The notes beneath the pieces were generated by a model. That model made no database searches, had not been told where the DNA came from, and saw only the letters and a list, made by a program, of their open reading frames with translations. From Maribacter sp. (GTDB lineage Bacteria > Bacteroidota > Bacteroidia > Flavobacteriales > Flavobacteriaceae), in contig JARFRH010000054.1 of assembly GCA_029287355.1 (NCBI GenBank), positions 10,533-74,532 on the forward strand: DNA of 64,000 bases. Direction: 5' to 3'. A program made the position numbers and the translations under genes. Each line of letters opens with the position of its first letter. Position 1 is the first letter of the stretch. Shown here in pieces: positions 18,031-27,526 of this stretch.

Positions 18031-20220
18031 CTATTCATTCTTACCGATTAGGGAAAAATCTAAATGGCGCTTGACCAAATCGGTATTCTTCACCATAACT
18101 ACAACTTCATCGCCAAGTTGATAGGTTGTATTTGTGCGTTCGCCCACAATTGCGTACTCTTTCTCATCAAAGATATAATAATCCCCTTTTATATCGCGTA
18201 TGCGAACCATGCCCTCACATTTGTTCTCAATAATTTCAACATAGATTCCCCATTCGGTGACTCCAGAAATCACACCAACGAATTCTTGATCTTGATGATC
18301 TTGCATGAATTTGATCTGCATATATTTTATAGAATCGCGTTCGGCGCTTGACGCCAAATATTCCATATCCGATGAATGCTTACACTTTTCCTCATACACT
18401 TCAGCTTTTGGTGAAGCTCCACCATCTAGGTAATGTTGCAATAAGCGATGCACCATTACATCGGGATAACGACGAATTGGTGATGTAAAATGCGAGTAAT
18501 AATCAAATGCCAAACCGTAGTGGCCTATGTTATTCGTGGTATAAATTGCCTTGCTCATACTCCGAATCGCAAGGGTATCCACTAAATTCTGTTCTTTTTT
18601 ACCCTTTACATCTTCGAGAAGCTTATTTAAAGAAGCGCTAATGGATTTTTTATCCTTAAAGTCCAACTTATGCCCGAAACGTGAAATAATACCGTTAAGC
18701 GCTATTAATTTATCTTCATTCGGATTATCATGTACACGATAGATAAATGGCTTCGTTGGTTTTTGTTTTCCTATGAATTGAGCCACTTTTCTATTCGCCA
18801 ATAACATGAATTCCTCTATCAGCTTATTCGCATCTTTAGCTTCTTTAAAATAAACACTGGTCGGTTCGCTTTTTTCATTCAGATTAAAACGGACTTCTAC
18901 TTTATCAAAAGAAATAGCAACTTTCTGCATTCGAGCTTAACGCATAATTTTTGCTAATCTATCCAAGGTTAAAGTAGCCTCTACAACTTCCTTTGAAACC
19001 GAATATGCAGTACCTCTAATGGATATATCCTCAGGAATGTTCCCATTTCCATTTTCGATGATATACTGCGCTTCCTCATAAGCAAATCGCTCATTGGAAT
19101 CGATTACCGTGCGCCCAAACCATTGATTTTTAATATTGGTTTTATCATCCAATTCAAAAATAGCAGAAAAGGTGTATTTTTCTTCATTTGGGCGTAATGA
19201 ACAAGCATTATTCGATAAAACCTCGGGAAGCATCGGTACAACTCTATCAACCAAATATACTGAGGTCGCACGGTTATATGCTTCATCATCCAAAACGGTA
19301 TCCGTCTGTAAATAATGGGAAACATCCGCAATATGAATTCCAATTTCGTAATTCCCGTTTTCCAGCACTTTAAAAGAAAGCGCATCATCAAAGTCTTTTG
19401 CATCTTTTGGATCAATGGTAAACGTTAAAACGTTTCGCATATCCCTACGTTTTGCAATTTCCTCTGGTTTAATAGAAGTATCCAACTGGTCAGCATAGCG
19501 TTCCACTTCGAGAGGAAACTCATAAGGTAATCCGTATTCCGCTAAAATGGAATGTATTTCTGTATCGTGCTCTCCTGGTTTTCCTAAAACCTCGGTAACT
19601 TTTCCGAAAGGGGAATCTGCGTTTTCCGGCCATTCCGTAATTTCTACAATGACCTTATCACCATCAGTTGCTTTTCCTATTTTGTCTTGTGAAACAAAAA
19701 TATCGGTGTACATTCTAAAATCGGTAGGACGTATAAATGCAAAAGTCTTTTGCATATCTACAATTCCTACAAATTCCATTTTGTTGCGCTCAACCACTTT
19801 TGTTATTTCACCTTCTAGTTTTTTACCCTTTCTTCTTGGGAAAATATAGACCTCGACAGTATCTTTATGAAAAGCCTTTTTTAATTTATTGAAAGGAACA
19901 AATACATCATCATCCATTCCCTCTATAACAATGTAAGCATTACCTCTTCCGGTAATATCGACTGTTCCGGTATGATAGGTTTTTGTAGAAGCAACAGCTT
20001 TATAATTTCCTCTACTTTCTTCGATAATCCGTTTGCTTTCTTTTAATTGAACTAGTTTCTTAATGAGTAGATTTCTATCGTGAGCTTCTTTAACACCTAT
20101 CTTTGCAGCTATTTGTTTATAATTAAAGCTCTTATTTTGTTCTTTTTCCAGCACTGTGAAGATGCCTTTTGTTATTTCGTTTTGTCTATGGTTTTTTGCC
20201 TTTTTGTTCTTCTTCGACAT
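18031..20220 (-). pseudogene. rnr: Ribonuclease R interrupted by a single in-frame TAA (427-aa plus 299-aa ORFs in the same frame)
   Basis: The minus strand reads ...AGA TTA GCA AAA ATT ATG CGT TAA GCT CGA ATG CAG AAA..., giving RLAKIMR*ARMQKVAISFD, with the stop at 18937-18939. The upstream half carries RNB motifs (TIDPKDAKDFDDALS). The downstream half carries HYGLAFDYYSHFTSPIRRYPD and a C-terminal S1 domain. The combined length of about 728 aa fits full-length RNase R. Confidence 0.8.
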
Positions 20221-20799
20221 TAAATTATTTTCTTTTTATGTAGATATTTACAATTATTATCTACTGTATTTTTTTGATATATGTTTTTTGATAAACAGTT
20301 AAAAGAAGGTTATGAACACATATATCATAATATTCTTTTTTAATTTTTAATTTTAAATAAAAATGGTGATTATGATAGTGTGTTAATAATGGAGATAAAA
20401 AATTCAAAGAAAGTTTGCTTTGAACCAATTTTAAATTTATTGACATTCTATACAACTGGAATGTTTTTAGAAATCAGCTGTTTAACATTTTTATCAACCT
20501 ATCTTCATAAGTGATATCAACACAAAATTTATAATAAGTAATTACAAAGGTAGTGTTAACTTCTCAATATGAAAGTTTGATATCTTTCTCTTATGTTTTG
20601 AGAAGTAAATTATGGATTGTGATAATGGTTTTGTAAAGGACTATTCAAATGAATCCACAAAACTTAAAAGTTAGTTTTTATGTAATCGTTATTAACAATT
20701 CCCAGAGAGAAACTTAACAACAAATTAACCATTTGAAAACGCGATATTGAAATATGTGTTGTGAAGGGTTGAATAGTTGTGGTGAACCTCACGTATTTG

Positions 20800-20807
20800 T
20801 ACATTTG
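20800..20807 (+). promoter_or_regulatory. Candidate Bacteroidota promoter -7 box (TAcaTTTG) for rpiB
   Basis: TAnnTTTG match 23 nt upstream of the rpiB ATG. A TTG at 20777-20779 gives about 20-nt spacing for a -33 element. Confidence 0.4.
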
Positions 20808-20830
20808 TACTATAACACATATTTGACACC

Positions 20831-21262
20831 ATGAAAATAGCAATAGGTAATGATCATGCTGGCACAGAGTATAAACTAGCTATCATCGGTTTGTTAAAGT
20901 CACTTCATATCGAAGTAGCAAATTATGGAACGGATGGGTCTGATAGTGTAGATTACCCAGATTTTGTTCACCCTGTAGCTGCCGATGTAGAAGAAGGAAA
21001 GGTTGATTTCGGAATTATCATATGTGGTAGTGGTAATGGAGCGTCTATGACGGCAAACAAACATCAAAAAATCAGATGCGCCCTTTGTTGGAACAAAGAA
21101 ATTGTTCAATTAGGCCGTCAACATAATGACGCCAATATTTTGAGCCTACCTGCCCGTTTTATTTCCCTAGCACAAGCGTTGGAAATGGTAAAAATGTTTT
21201 TGAATACCGAATTTGAAGGCGGAAGACACGAACGTCGTATCGAAAAAATACCTTGTACTTGA
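20831..21262 (+). CDS. rpiB: Ribose-5-phosphate isomerase B
   Basis: 143 aa. MKIAIGNDHAG...IICGSGNGASMTANKH..IRCALCW is a typical RpiB/LacAB signature. Confidence 0.9.
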   Translation: MKIAIGNDHAGTEYKLAIIGLLKSLHIEVANYGTDGSDSVDYPDFVHPVAADVEEGKVDFGIIICGSGNGASMTANKHQKIRCALCWNKEIVQLGRQHNDANILSLPARFISLAQALEMVKMFLNTEFEGGRHERRIEKIPCT

Positions 21263-21265
21263 TTT

Positions 21266-22189
21266 ATGGCACATTCTCATGGCCACAATCACAGCCATAG
21301 TCACGCCCACCCTGATCTCAAAGGGAGGAATCTTATCATATCGATTGTTCTAAATATTTTGATTACCGTAGCGCAGGTGATAGGAGGATTAATCTCTGGA
21401 AGTCTTTCTTTGCTCTCTGACGCGCTTCACAATTTTAGCGATGTACTTTCTTTGATTGTAAGCTATATTGCGAACCTTCTATCGAAAAAACCATCTTCTA
21501 CGAACAAAACCTTTGGTTATAAACGGGCAGAAATTATTGCCGCCTTTGTGAACGCGGCAACCTTGATGGTAGTTGCGATTGTTTTGATTATTGAGGCCAT
21601 TGAACGTTTTCAGGATCCACAAGAAGTGGAATCGAACCTGGTGATTTGGTTGTCTTTATTAGGCATCGTGGCAAACGGTTTCAGCGTACTCCTCCTCAAG
21701 AAAGATGCGGACAGCAATATGAACATGAAATCGGCCTATTTGCATCTCTTCACTGATATGTTGGCATCTGTTGCGGTTTTGGCCGGCGGACTCCTTATGA
21801 AATTCTACGAAATGTATTGGGTTGATCCCGCCCTGACTCTGGCCATTGCTGTATATTTAATTTATATGGGATACGATTTACTCAAACAATCTACCCGTGT
21901 GTTAATGCTTTTTACACCTAATTCGATTCATATACAGGAAATCGTAGAAGCCATAGGAAAAATTAAACCTATTAAAAATGTACATCATGTGCATGTGTGG
22001 CAACTGAATGAAGATGAAGTGCACTTAGAGGCCCATATTGATTTTAATGAAGATATTCGCTTATCTGAATTCGATGCGATTCTAGAACAAATAGAAGAAG
22101 AAGTATATCACAATCACGGCATCAATCATGTCAATATTCAGCCGGAGTTTGGTAAATGTGATAGCAAACAAGTAATTGTACAAGACTAA
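21266..22189 (+). CDS. Cation diffusion facilitator (CzcD/ZitB-like) metal efflux transporter
   Basis: 307 aa. His-rich N-terminus (HSHGHNHSHSHAH), six TM segments, the motif LLSDALHNFSD...HLFTDMLASV, and a C-terminal cytoplasmic domain with HHVHVWQL. Confidence 0.85.
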   Translation: MAHSHGHNHSHSHAHPDLKGRNLIISIVLNILITVAQVIGGLISGSLSLLSDALHNFSDVLSLIVSYIANLLSKKPSSTNKTFGYKRAEIIAAFVNAATLMVVAIVLIIEAIERFQDPQEVESNLVIWLSLLGIVANGFSVLLLKKDADSNMNMKSAYLHLFTDMLASVAVLAGGLLMKFYEMYWVDPALTLAIAVYLIYMGYDLLKQSTRVLMLFTPNSIHIQEIVEAIGKIKPIKNVHHVHVWQLNEDEVHLEAHIDFNEDIRLSEFDAILEQIEEEVYHNHGINHVNIQPEFGKCDSKQVIVQD

Positions 22190-22214
22190 CCATTCTATAT
22201 AAAAACAGCCTCTA

Positions 22215-22658
22215 ATGCTCGACATCACGGTTAAAAGTTTTGACGAATTAAGCACTAAGGAGTTATACGAACTTTTGCAATTACGTTCGGAAATATTCGT
22301 TGTAGAACAAGATTGTGTATACCAAGATCTAGACGGAAAAGACCAAAAAGCACTCCATATTATCGGCACAAAAAATAATTCAATTGTGGCCTATACCCGA
22401 ATTTTTAAGGCTGGAGATTACATGGCCCAAGCATGTATCGGCAGAGTAGCGGTGAAAGATGGTGAACGCAAACATGGCTATGGCATTGCTATTATGAAAG
22501 CCTCAATCAAAGCAGTTGAAGAACAATTCGGAGAATCTTCCATTGCCTTATCAGCGCAAACCTATTTAAAGCGATTCTATAATTCGTTGGGGTTTCAAGA
22601 AAAAGGAGGGGAGTACCTAGAAGACGGTATTCCGCATGTGGTGATGGTTAGGGGGTAA
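22215..22658 (+). CDS. GNAT-family N-acetyltransferase (ElaA-like)
   Basis: 147 aa. LSTKELYELLQLRSEIFVVEQDCVYQDLDGKDQ.ALHI and RKHGYG are ElaA-type GNAT features. Confidence 0.75.
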   Translation: MLDITVKSFDELSTKELYELLQLRSEIFVVEQDCVYQDLDGKDQKALHIIGTKNNSIVAYTRIFKAGDYMAQACIGRVAVKDGERKHGYGIAIMKASIKAVEEQFGESSIALSAQTYLKRFYNSLGFQEKGGEYLEDGIPHVVMVRG

Positions 22659-22689
22659 TGGTCCTCTCTGTGAAAAAAAAGAACCCATT

Positions 22690-23532
22690 TCATATACTTT
22701 TAGTCACTTTTTTTCCAATAACAAAACAACTTCCCCCGAATGAAATTCTTTTATTCCTCGCTACTCTAGACAACTCCCATTTCCAAATATTTTCCAAAAG
22801 GCTATTCATTAGACCTTTTTTGGCTTTATGCTCGTTTTGATGTTTTTCCAATTGATTGGAATTTTTATTAAATCCTAATTTACTGGGAATGGATCTAAAT
22901 AGTAAAACAGGAAGGGGTAAAATAGAAAAGATATAAGTTGAGTAAGTAATACTAAACCCTGATTTTTTAAGCAGTTCATTCAATTCAGTCATTGAATATC
23001 TTCTGAAGTGACCCGCATCATCATCTTCATTAGACCATAAGAAATTATATGCGGGCACAGTGATATATATATAACCATTGTCTTTCATATACCTATTGAT
23101 GTTCTTTAAAAAAGCATCATCATTTTCTATATGCTCAACAACATCAAAAAGTCCGATGGAATCAATTTTATTCTGCACAAATCCCGCATTTTCAAGTGTT
23201 GAACAGAGAATATTTTTGATTCCTCTTGTATTAGCGTTCAAAGCGCCCATTTCACCTGGTTCAACAAGAAGGACCTCGACACCTTCATCTTGAAGCCTTT
23301 TTGACACAAACCCATTACCTCCGCCGATATCAAAGAACACCTTTTCCGCACTATGCTTTAGCACGCTATTTGCAATTATATTGTTCCTGTGTTTAAACCA
23401 AAAACTATCTTCCTCGATTTGCATAAAGCTTTCGTTTCCTTCTTCAGGGTAGGATATACTGGAGTTGGATTTTGAATAATAAATGCCATTTTGGTCTTTT
23501 TTAATATTCAAGGCTATTTTTTCTAAGTCCAT
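22690..23532 (-). CDS. Class I SAM-dependent methyltransferase
   Basis: 280 aa. SAM-binding motif I VFFDIGGGNGFVSKRL and post-I acidic residue (LLVEPG). Confidence 0.75.
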   Translation of the reverse strand: MDLEKIALNIKKDQNGIYYSKSNSSISYPEEGNESFMQIEEDSFWFKHRNNIIANSVLKHSAEKVFFDIGGGNGFVSKRLQDEGVEVLLVEPGEMGALNANTRGIKNILCSTLENAGFVQNKIDSIGLFDVVEHIENDDAFLKNINRYMKDNGYIYITVPAYNFLWSNEDDDAGHFRRYSMTELNELLKKSGFSITYSTYIFSILPLPVLLFRSIPSKLGFNKNSNQLEKHQNEHKAKKGLMNSLLENIWKWELSRVARNKRISFGGSCFVIGKKVTKSI

Positions 23533-23811
23533 ATGGTTATTTGTTGCCGCAAATGAATGTGTACATTAGTATAATCAAAGATATGTTGTTTGATGTCTCT
23601 TAAGACCGCGCAGTATAATAAATAATATAATTGACCCATGAATTATATCAGTTGCGTTATTGACTGAACAATTGGCGAGTCGGGTCTTCTAAAAATACTT
23701 TGGACCAGAAGGTTTATGAAAATGGTGATTCGCCTATTGAATTTGCCTGAAATGAAAGTCAAATGACAAAAAAGAAGTAATTTTCCATTTGAAATGGTAC
23801 AATAAAGATCT

Positions 23812-24999
23812 ATGAAACATAGAAACTTAGCATTGAAATGCACCTTGGCATTCATGGTATTGGTTTCCTGTACAGAACCAACCAAAGAAGCGAATTTTTT
23901 GACCTCGGCAATACAGGATATAAAGACGGAGTTTGCCCCTGATAAGCGGGTAGCTTTATTTGATGTCTCCGTTGAAAAGAAGGGTGCTTCCTATATCCTT
24001 ACTGGAGAAAGTGATATACCTGACGCAATTGCCGCATTTAAAGAGAAGCTTAACTCGGAAAATCTAGAATTTATCGACAGTATTCAAGTGCTACCCTCAG
24101 CTAAGTTGGAAGGAAAAATGCAGGCTGTGGTCAATATTTCCGTGGCGAATTTACGAAGCAACCCTAAACATTCTGCGGAATTAGCTACTCAGGCCACTTT
24201 GGGCACACCGGTAAAAGTGTTGAAGAAAGAAGGCGGGTGGTATTATATTCAAACACCTGACAAATACCTCTCTTGGGTAGATGATGGCGGAATATCGCTT
24301 ATGGACACCAAACGTTTTGAAGAATGGAAAGCAGGGGATAAGATTGTTTATACAAAAACTTATGGACATGCCTATCAAGCCGCTGATGAGAAAGAGATTG
24401 TCTCCGATCTTGTGGCGGGAAACATTCTGGAAATTGTAAAGCTATCAAACGACCACTTTGTTGCCGCCTATCCTGATGGTCGTATTGCTATGGTAAGAAA
24501 CAATGAAGCCGAGCGTTACGCCGGTTGGATTCAGAACATGAACCCAATACCGGATAACTTGGTCGTCACCGCCAAGAGCCTTATGGGCGTACCCTATTTA
24601 TGGGGCGGTACCTCTACTAAAGGCATGGATTGCAGTGGCTTTACCAAAACCATCTATTTTTTAAACGGAATGGTCATTCCGCGAGATGCTTCGCAACAAG
24701 TGCACACTGGAAAGCAAATCGACCTAAAAAGAAACTTTGAAAATCTTGAAAAAGGGGATTTGTTGTTCTTTGGCAGAAAAGCAAACGATTCCACCAAGGA
24801 AAAGGTGGTTCATGTGGGGATGTGGATTGGCAATAACGAATTTATACATGCCTCGAATATGGTGCGCATCAGTAGTGTCGATCGAAACGCAGAGAATTTT
24901 GACGAATACAATTTGAATCGATACTTGCGATCGAAACGCATTTTAAAACAGGAGGATAAAGATCTGATTGATTTAACGCAGAGCTCTGTGTTTAAGTAA
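23812..24999 (+). CDS. NlpC/P60 (C40) peptidoglycan hydrolase lipoprotein with SH3b-like domain
   Basis: 395 aa. Lipobox (LVSC), an SH3-like segment (VANLRSNP...GTPVKVLKKEGGWYYIQT), and the catalytic block GVPYLWGGTSTKGMDCSGF...HVGMW. Confidence 0.85.
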   Translation: MKHRNLALKCTLAFMVLVSCTEPTKEANFLTSAIQDIKTEFAPDKRVALFDVSVEKKGASYILTGESDIPDAIAAFKEKLNSENLEFIDSIQVLPSAKLEGKMQAVVNISVANLRSNPKHSAELATQATLGTPVKVLKKEGGWYYIQTPDKYLSWVDDGGISLMDTKRFEEWKAGDKIVYTKTYGHAYQAADEKEIVSDLVAGNILEIVKLSNDHFVAAYPDGRIAMVRNNEAERYAGWIQNMNPIPDNLVVTAKSLMGVPYLWGGTSTKGMDCSGFTKTIYFLNGMVIPRDASQQVHTGKQIDLKRNFENLEKGDLLFFGRKANDSTKEKVVHVGMWIGNNEFIHASNMVRISSVDRNAENFDEYNLNRYLRSKRILKQEDKDLIDLTQSSVFK

Positions 25000-25012
25000 C
25001 CGTCTTTGCGAG

Positions 25013-25043
25013 CTGTCATCTTGAGCATAGTCGAAGGAGACAG
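25013..25043. repeat. Short intergenic hairpin repeat (CTGTCAYYYY...GAG... family), copy 1
   Basis: ctgtcatcttgagcatagtcgaaggagacag, with arms ctgtc/gacag. It is followed by cgaagcaatctgcttg and, at 25129-25140, by cctcgcaatgac. Similar cores occur at 27439-27464 and 30213-30240. Confidence 0.5.
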
Positions 25044-25174
25044 CGAAGCAATCTGCTTGTTGGGAACACCGATAATTAGCGTGACCAAATTCATTGGATT
25101 ACCCGCGTCAATTACCTATCTGGGTTTTCCTCGCAATGACTTCGACATTTGATTTTAACAGAGAAAACAAGATT

Positions 25175-25726
25175 ATGAAAAAAGCACTTCTAACGTCCCT
25201 ATTACTAACAAGCACAATAGCATTCGCTCAATACGAAATTAAACCAGAGGAAGGGTATGCTCGCAATATTGGCTTGATGGTCGCTATGCTTGAGGATTTA
25301 AAGGATAGAATCACGGACCAAGTTCAAGATTTGACTCTATCCGAAACAGATTTCGAATTTGATGATAAGGCCAATAGCATTGGGTCACTTGTTATGCATT
25401 TGGTATCTACCGAAGCCTATTTTCAAATTGAAACCCTGGAAGGACGTAAATGGACGGAAGAGGAACAAAAAGTTCTAGGAGTAGGTGCAGGCTTGAACGA
25501 TACATCAAAACATCAACTCAAAGAAAAGCCGATACAACATTATTTAGATCTATGGGGCAAAGTGCGAAAGAAAACACTAGAAGGCCTTAAAACAAAGGAC
25601 GATGCATGGTTTGCATCGAATGTTGACGAAGGAATGAATTACCACTGGGCTTGGTATCATGTGATGGAACATCAGGCGAATCATATGGGCCAAATCGCAT
25701 TGGTAAAAAATAGATTGCCCAAATAA
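25175..25726 (+). CDS. DinB-family protein (secreted)
   Basis: The start is taken at MKKALLTSLLLTSTIAFAQ, a signal peptide internal to the listed 25094 ORF. MHLVSTEAYF and HQANHMGQI are DinB-like His motifs. Confidence 0.7.
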   Translation: MKKALLTSLLLTSTIAFAQYEIKPEEGYARNIGLMVAMLEDLKDRITDQVQDLTLSETDFEFDDKANSIGSLVMHLVSTEAYFQIETLEGRKWTEEEQKVLGVGAGLNDTSKHQLKEKPIQHYLDLWGKVRKKTLEGLKTKDDAWFASNVDEGMNYHWAWYHVMEHQANHMGQIALVKNRLPK

Positions 25727-25754
25727 AATGGCGCGACTGCCTATCCAGGCAGTT

Positions 25755-27290
25755 TTATGAGTGGATTGAAGAGGTGCCAAAAACCACTTCCAAATGCTTT
25801 TCGCTTGGCACACGTTTTTTACTCATTAAACTCACAACCACATAGGTCAACATCGAAATCAAAAAGGCCGGAATAATCTCGTGAATGTCCTTTAATGCCC
25901 CATATTCAAATCGAAAGGCAAAACGCCAGATGATATTGACCAGCATGCCTACTACCATAGACGCCATGGCCCCTAAATCCGTCCCCCATTTCAGGTAAAG
26001 CCCTCCAAAAATAGCCGGAAAGAAGCTAGCGGCGAAAACCGCCCCTGCAAAAGCTGTCAATTCAACAATACCGGCCATTGGGTAGAGGGTCATTACGAAA
26101 ACGATACCGCAATAAATGGCCATAAACCATTTTGTTCTGGGAATGATTTTGGTTTCCGGCATGGGCTTGGCAACATGCCAAATGTCTTTCACAAAAGCGG
26201 TTCCGATGATAATGATGACCGAAGCCAATGAAGACATTCCCGCAGCGAAAAGGCCGGCGACACAAATACCACTCACCAATTTATTGTCGAATTTGTCGAG
26301 CATAAAACCGATAACCTCGTCGGTGTTGTTGATGAGATAATTAGCTTCATCGGGCGTTGCCATTCCGTGAACCAAAGCGCCTAGACCCATTACACAGACC
26401 AAGGAAATTCCTAGAAAAACGGGTGTCCAAATCATGGCGAATCGCATACTTTTCGCATTATTAATGGAATAAAACCGGATGAGGTTTTTGGGCTCCGAAA
26501 TTTGCTTCATACCAATGGATAGTCCGATTCCCAAGATATACAGAAATGAAACGAGCTCTCCGAAAGTCACCAATCCTGATTTTATAGGTTCTCCTGTTAT
26601 TGTGAGGTGATTTGTATTACTGATGGCCTCCATGAGATTGTCAGTACCTCCAACATATATAAATGGGATGGCCAGCATCAAAATCGCAACAAAGAACATG
26701 ATGATGCCCTGAATGGCATCCGTCCAAAGCACACTGTACATACCTCCCCAAATGGTATAGATGCAAGTAATGGCGATTATCGCAAAAGCGCCATATTCAT
26801 AAGGAATATCCAAAACGGAAGTCAATACATGAGCACATCCCTTGGCAATGCCGATCATATACCACAAAGTCGCGAACAGAATAATCACGGCAGAAAGCAC
26901 CCGTATGCTTTTTGCTAAATTGCTTTTATAGCGTAAATGAAAATAATCTGGAATCGTAAATGATTTTAACCGAGCCGTTTGAAATCTCATTTTAGGTCCT
27001 AACAACTGCCAAGAAATAATACAGAATACCGTCCAAATCAATCCCATCCATGCCCAAGATAGTCCGTATTGAAAAGATTTTCCCGCCTGGCCGATATAGG
27101 TGTTGGTGCTGGCCGAGGTAGAGAAAAAAGCCAAAGAAATCACCCATCCCGGGATTTCTCTTTTGGCCACATAATACCCTTCAACTCCTTGAGATGCTTT
27201 CTTTTTAAAGTACCATCCGATATAGAGACAGCCACCGACATAAATAGCCGTTAGAATAAGTGTAACGTAATGTTCACTAAAATACTCCAT
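25755..27290 (-). CDS. Sodium:solute symporter (SSS) family transporter
   Basis: About 511 aa and polytopic, with typical SSS composition. The start is taken at the ATG at 27290. The listed ORF begins one codon earlier at a TTG. Confidence 0.85.
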   Translation of the reverse strand: MEYFSEHYVTLILTAIYVGGCLYIGWYFKKKASQGVEGYYVAKREIPGWVISLAFFSTSASTNTYIGQAGKSFQYGLSWAWMGLIWTVFCIISWQLLGPKMRFQTARLKSFTIPDYFHLRYKSNLAKSIRVLSAVIILFATLWYMIGIAKGCAHVLTSVLDIPYEYGAFAIIAITCIYTIWGGMYSVLWTDAIQGIIMFFVAILMLAIPFIYVGGTDNLMEAISNTNHLTITGEPIKSGLVTFGELVSFLYILGIGLSIGMKQISEPKNLIRFYSINNAKSMRFAMIWTPVFLGISLVCVMGLGALVHGMATPDEANYLINNTDEVIGFMLDKFDNKLVSGICVAGLFAAGMSSLASVIIIIGTAFVKDIWHVAKPMPETKIIPRTKWFMAIYCGIVFVMTLYPMAGIVELTAFAGAVFAASFFPAIFGGLYLKWGTDLGAMASMVVGMLVNIIWRFAFRFEYGALKDIHEIIPAFLISMLTYVVVSLMSKKRVPSEKHLEVVFGTSSIHS

Positions 27291-27409
27291 CAATGTTCCG
27301 GATTATGGTCGCTGTCATCGACTGTGATATCACGTTTGATGACCAAGAGCGCATTGATGACTACCAAAACGATGATACCGATATACGGGAAAAGGGTTAA
27401 GAAATCCAT
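27290..27409 (-). CDS. 39-aa single-TM peptide, candidate symporter small accessory subunit (absent from the ORF track)
   Basis: Minus-strand ATG at 27409. Translation is MDFLTLFPYIGIIVLVVINALLVIKRDITVDDSDHNPEH, one hydrophobic helix plus an acidic tail. Its TGA stop overlaps the symporter ATG (TGATG), which suggests translational coupling. Confidence 0.6.
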   Translation of the reverse strand: MDFLTLFPYIGIIVLVVINALLVIKRDITVDDSDHNPEH

Positions 27410-27438
27410 AGTTTGTTTTTGGTTATATTTTTTTAGTC

Positions 27439-27464
27439 TGAACCGCTGCTGTCACCTCGAGCGG
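27439..27464. repeat. Short intergenic repeat, copy 2, with adjacent 8-bp inverted repeat
   Basis: ctgtcacctcgagcggagccgagcgc. The inverted repeat is cgagcgca (27458-27465) and tgcgctcg (27496-27503). Confidence 0.45.
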
Positions 27465-27526
27465 AGCCGAGCGCAAAATAAGCAGAAGCGCAAAGGGTTG
27501 ACTACTGCGCTCGAAAAGACGTGAAA

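Noticed and set aside
20261-20455. 64-aa minus-strand ORF in the AT-rich rnr-rpiB spacer.
   Set aside because: The translation is low-complexity and AT-driven (LKLKIKKEYY, HHFYLKL). It is likely a chance ORF.
25094-25174. N-terminal extensions in the ORF track at 25094, 51958, 52841, 54987, 59536 and 27293.
   Set aside because: The extensions start at alternative codons (several at TTG), overlap neighbouring genes or repeats, and precede obvious signal peptides or canonical N-termini. Internal ATG starts were preferred.
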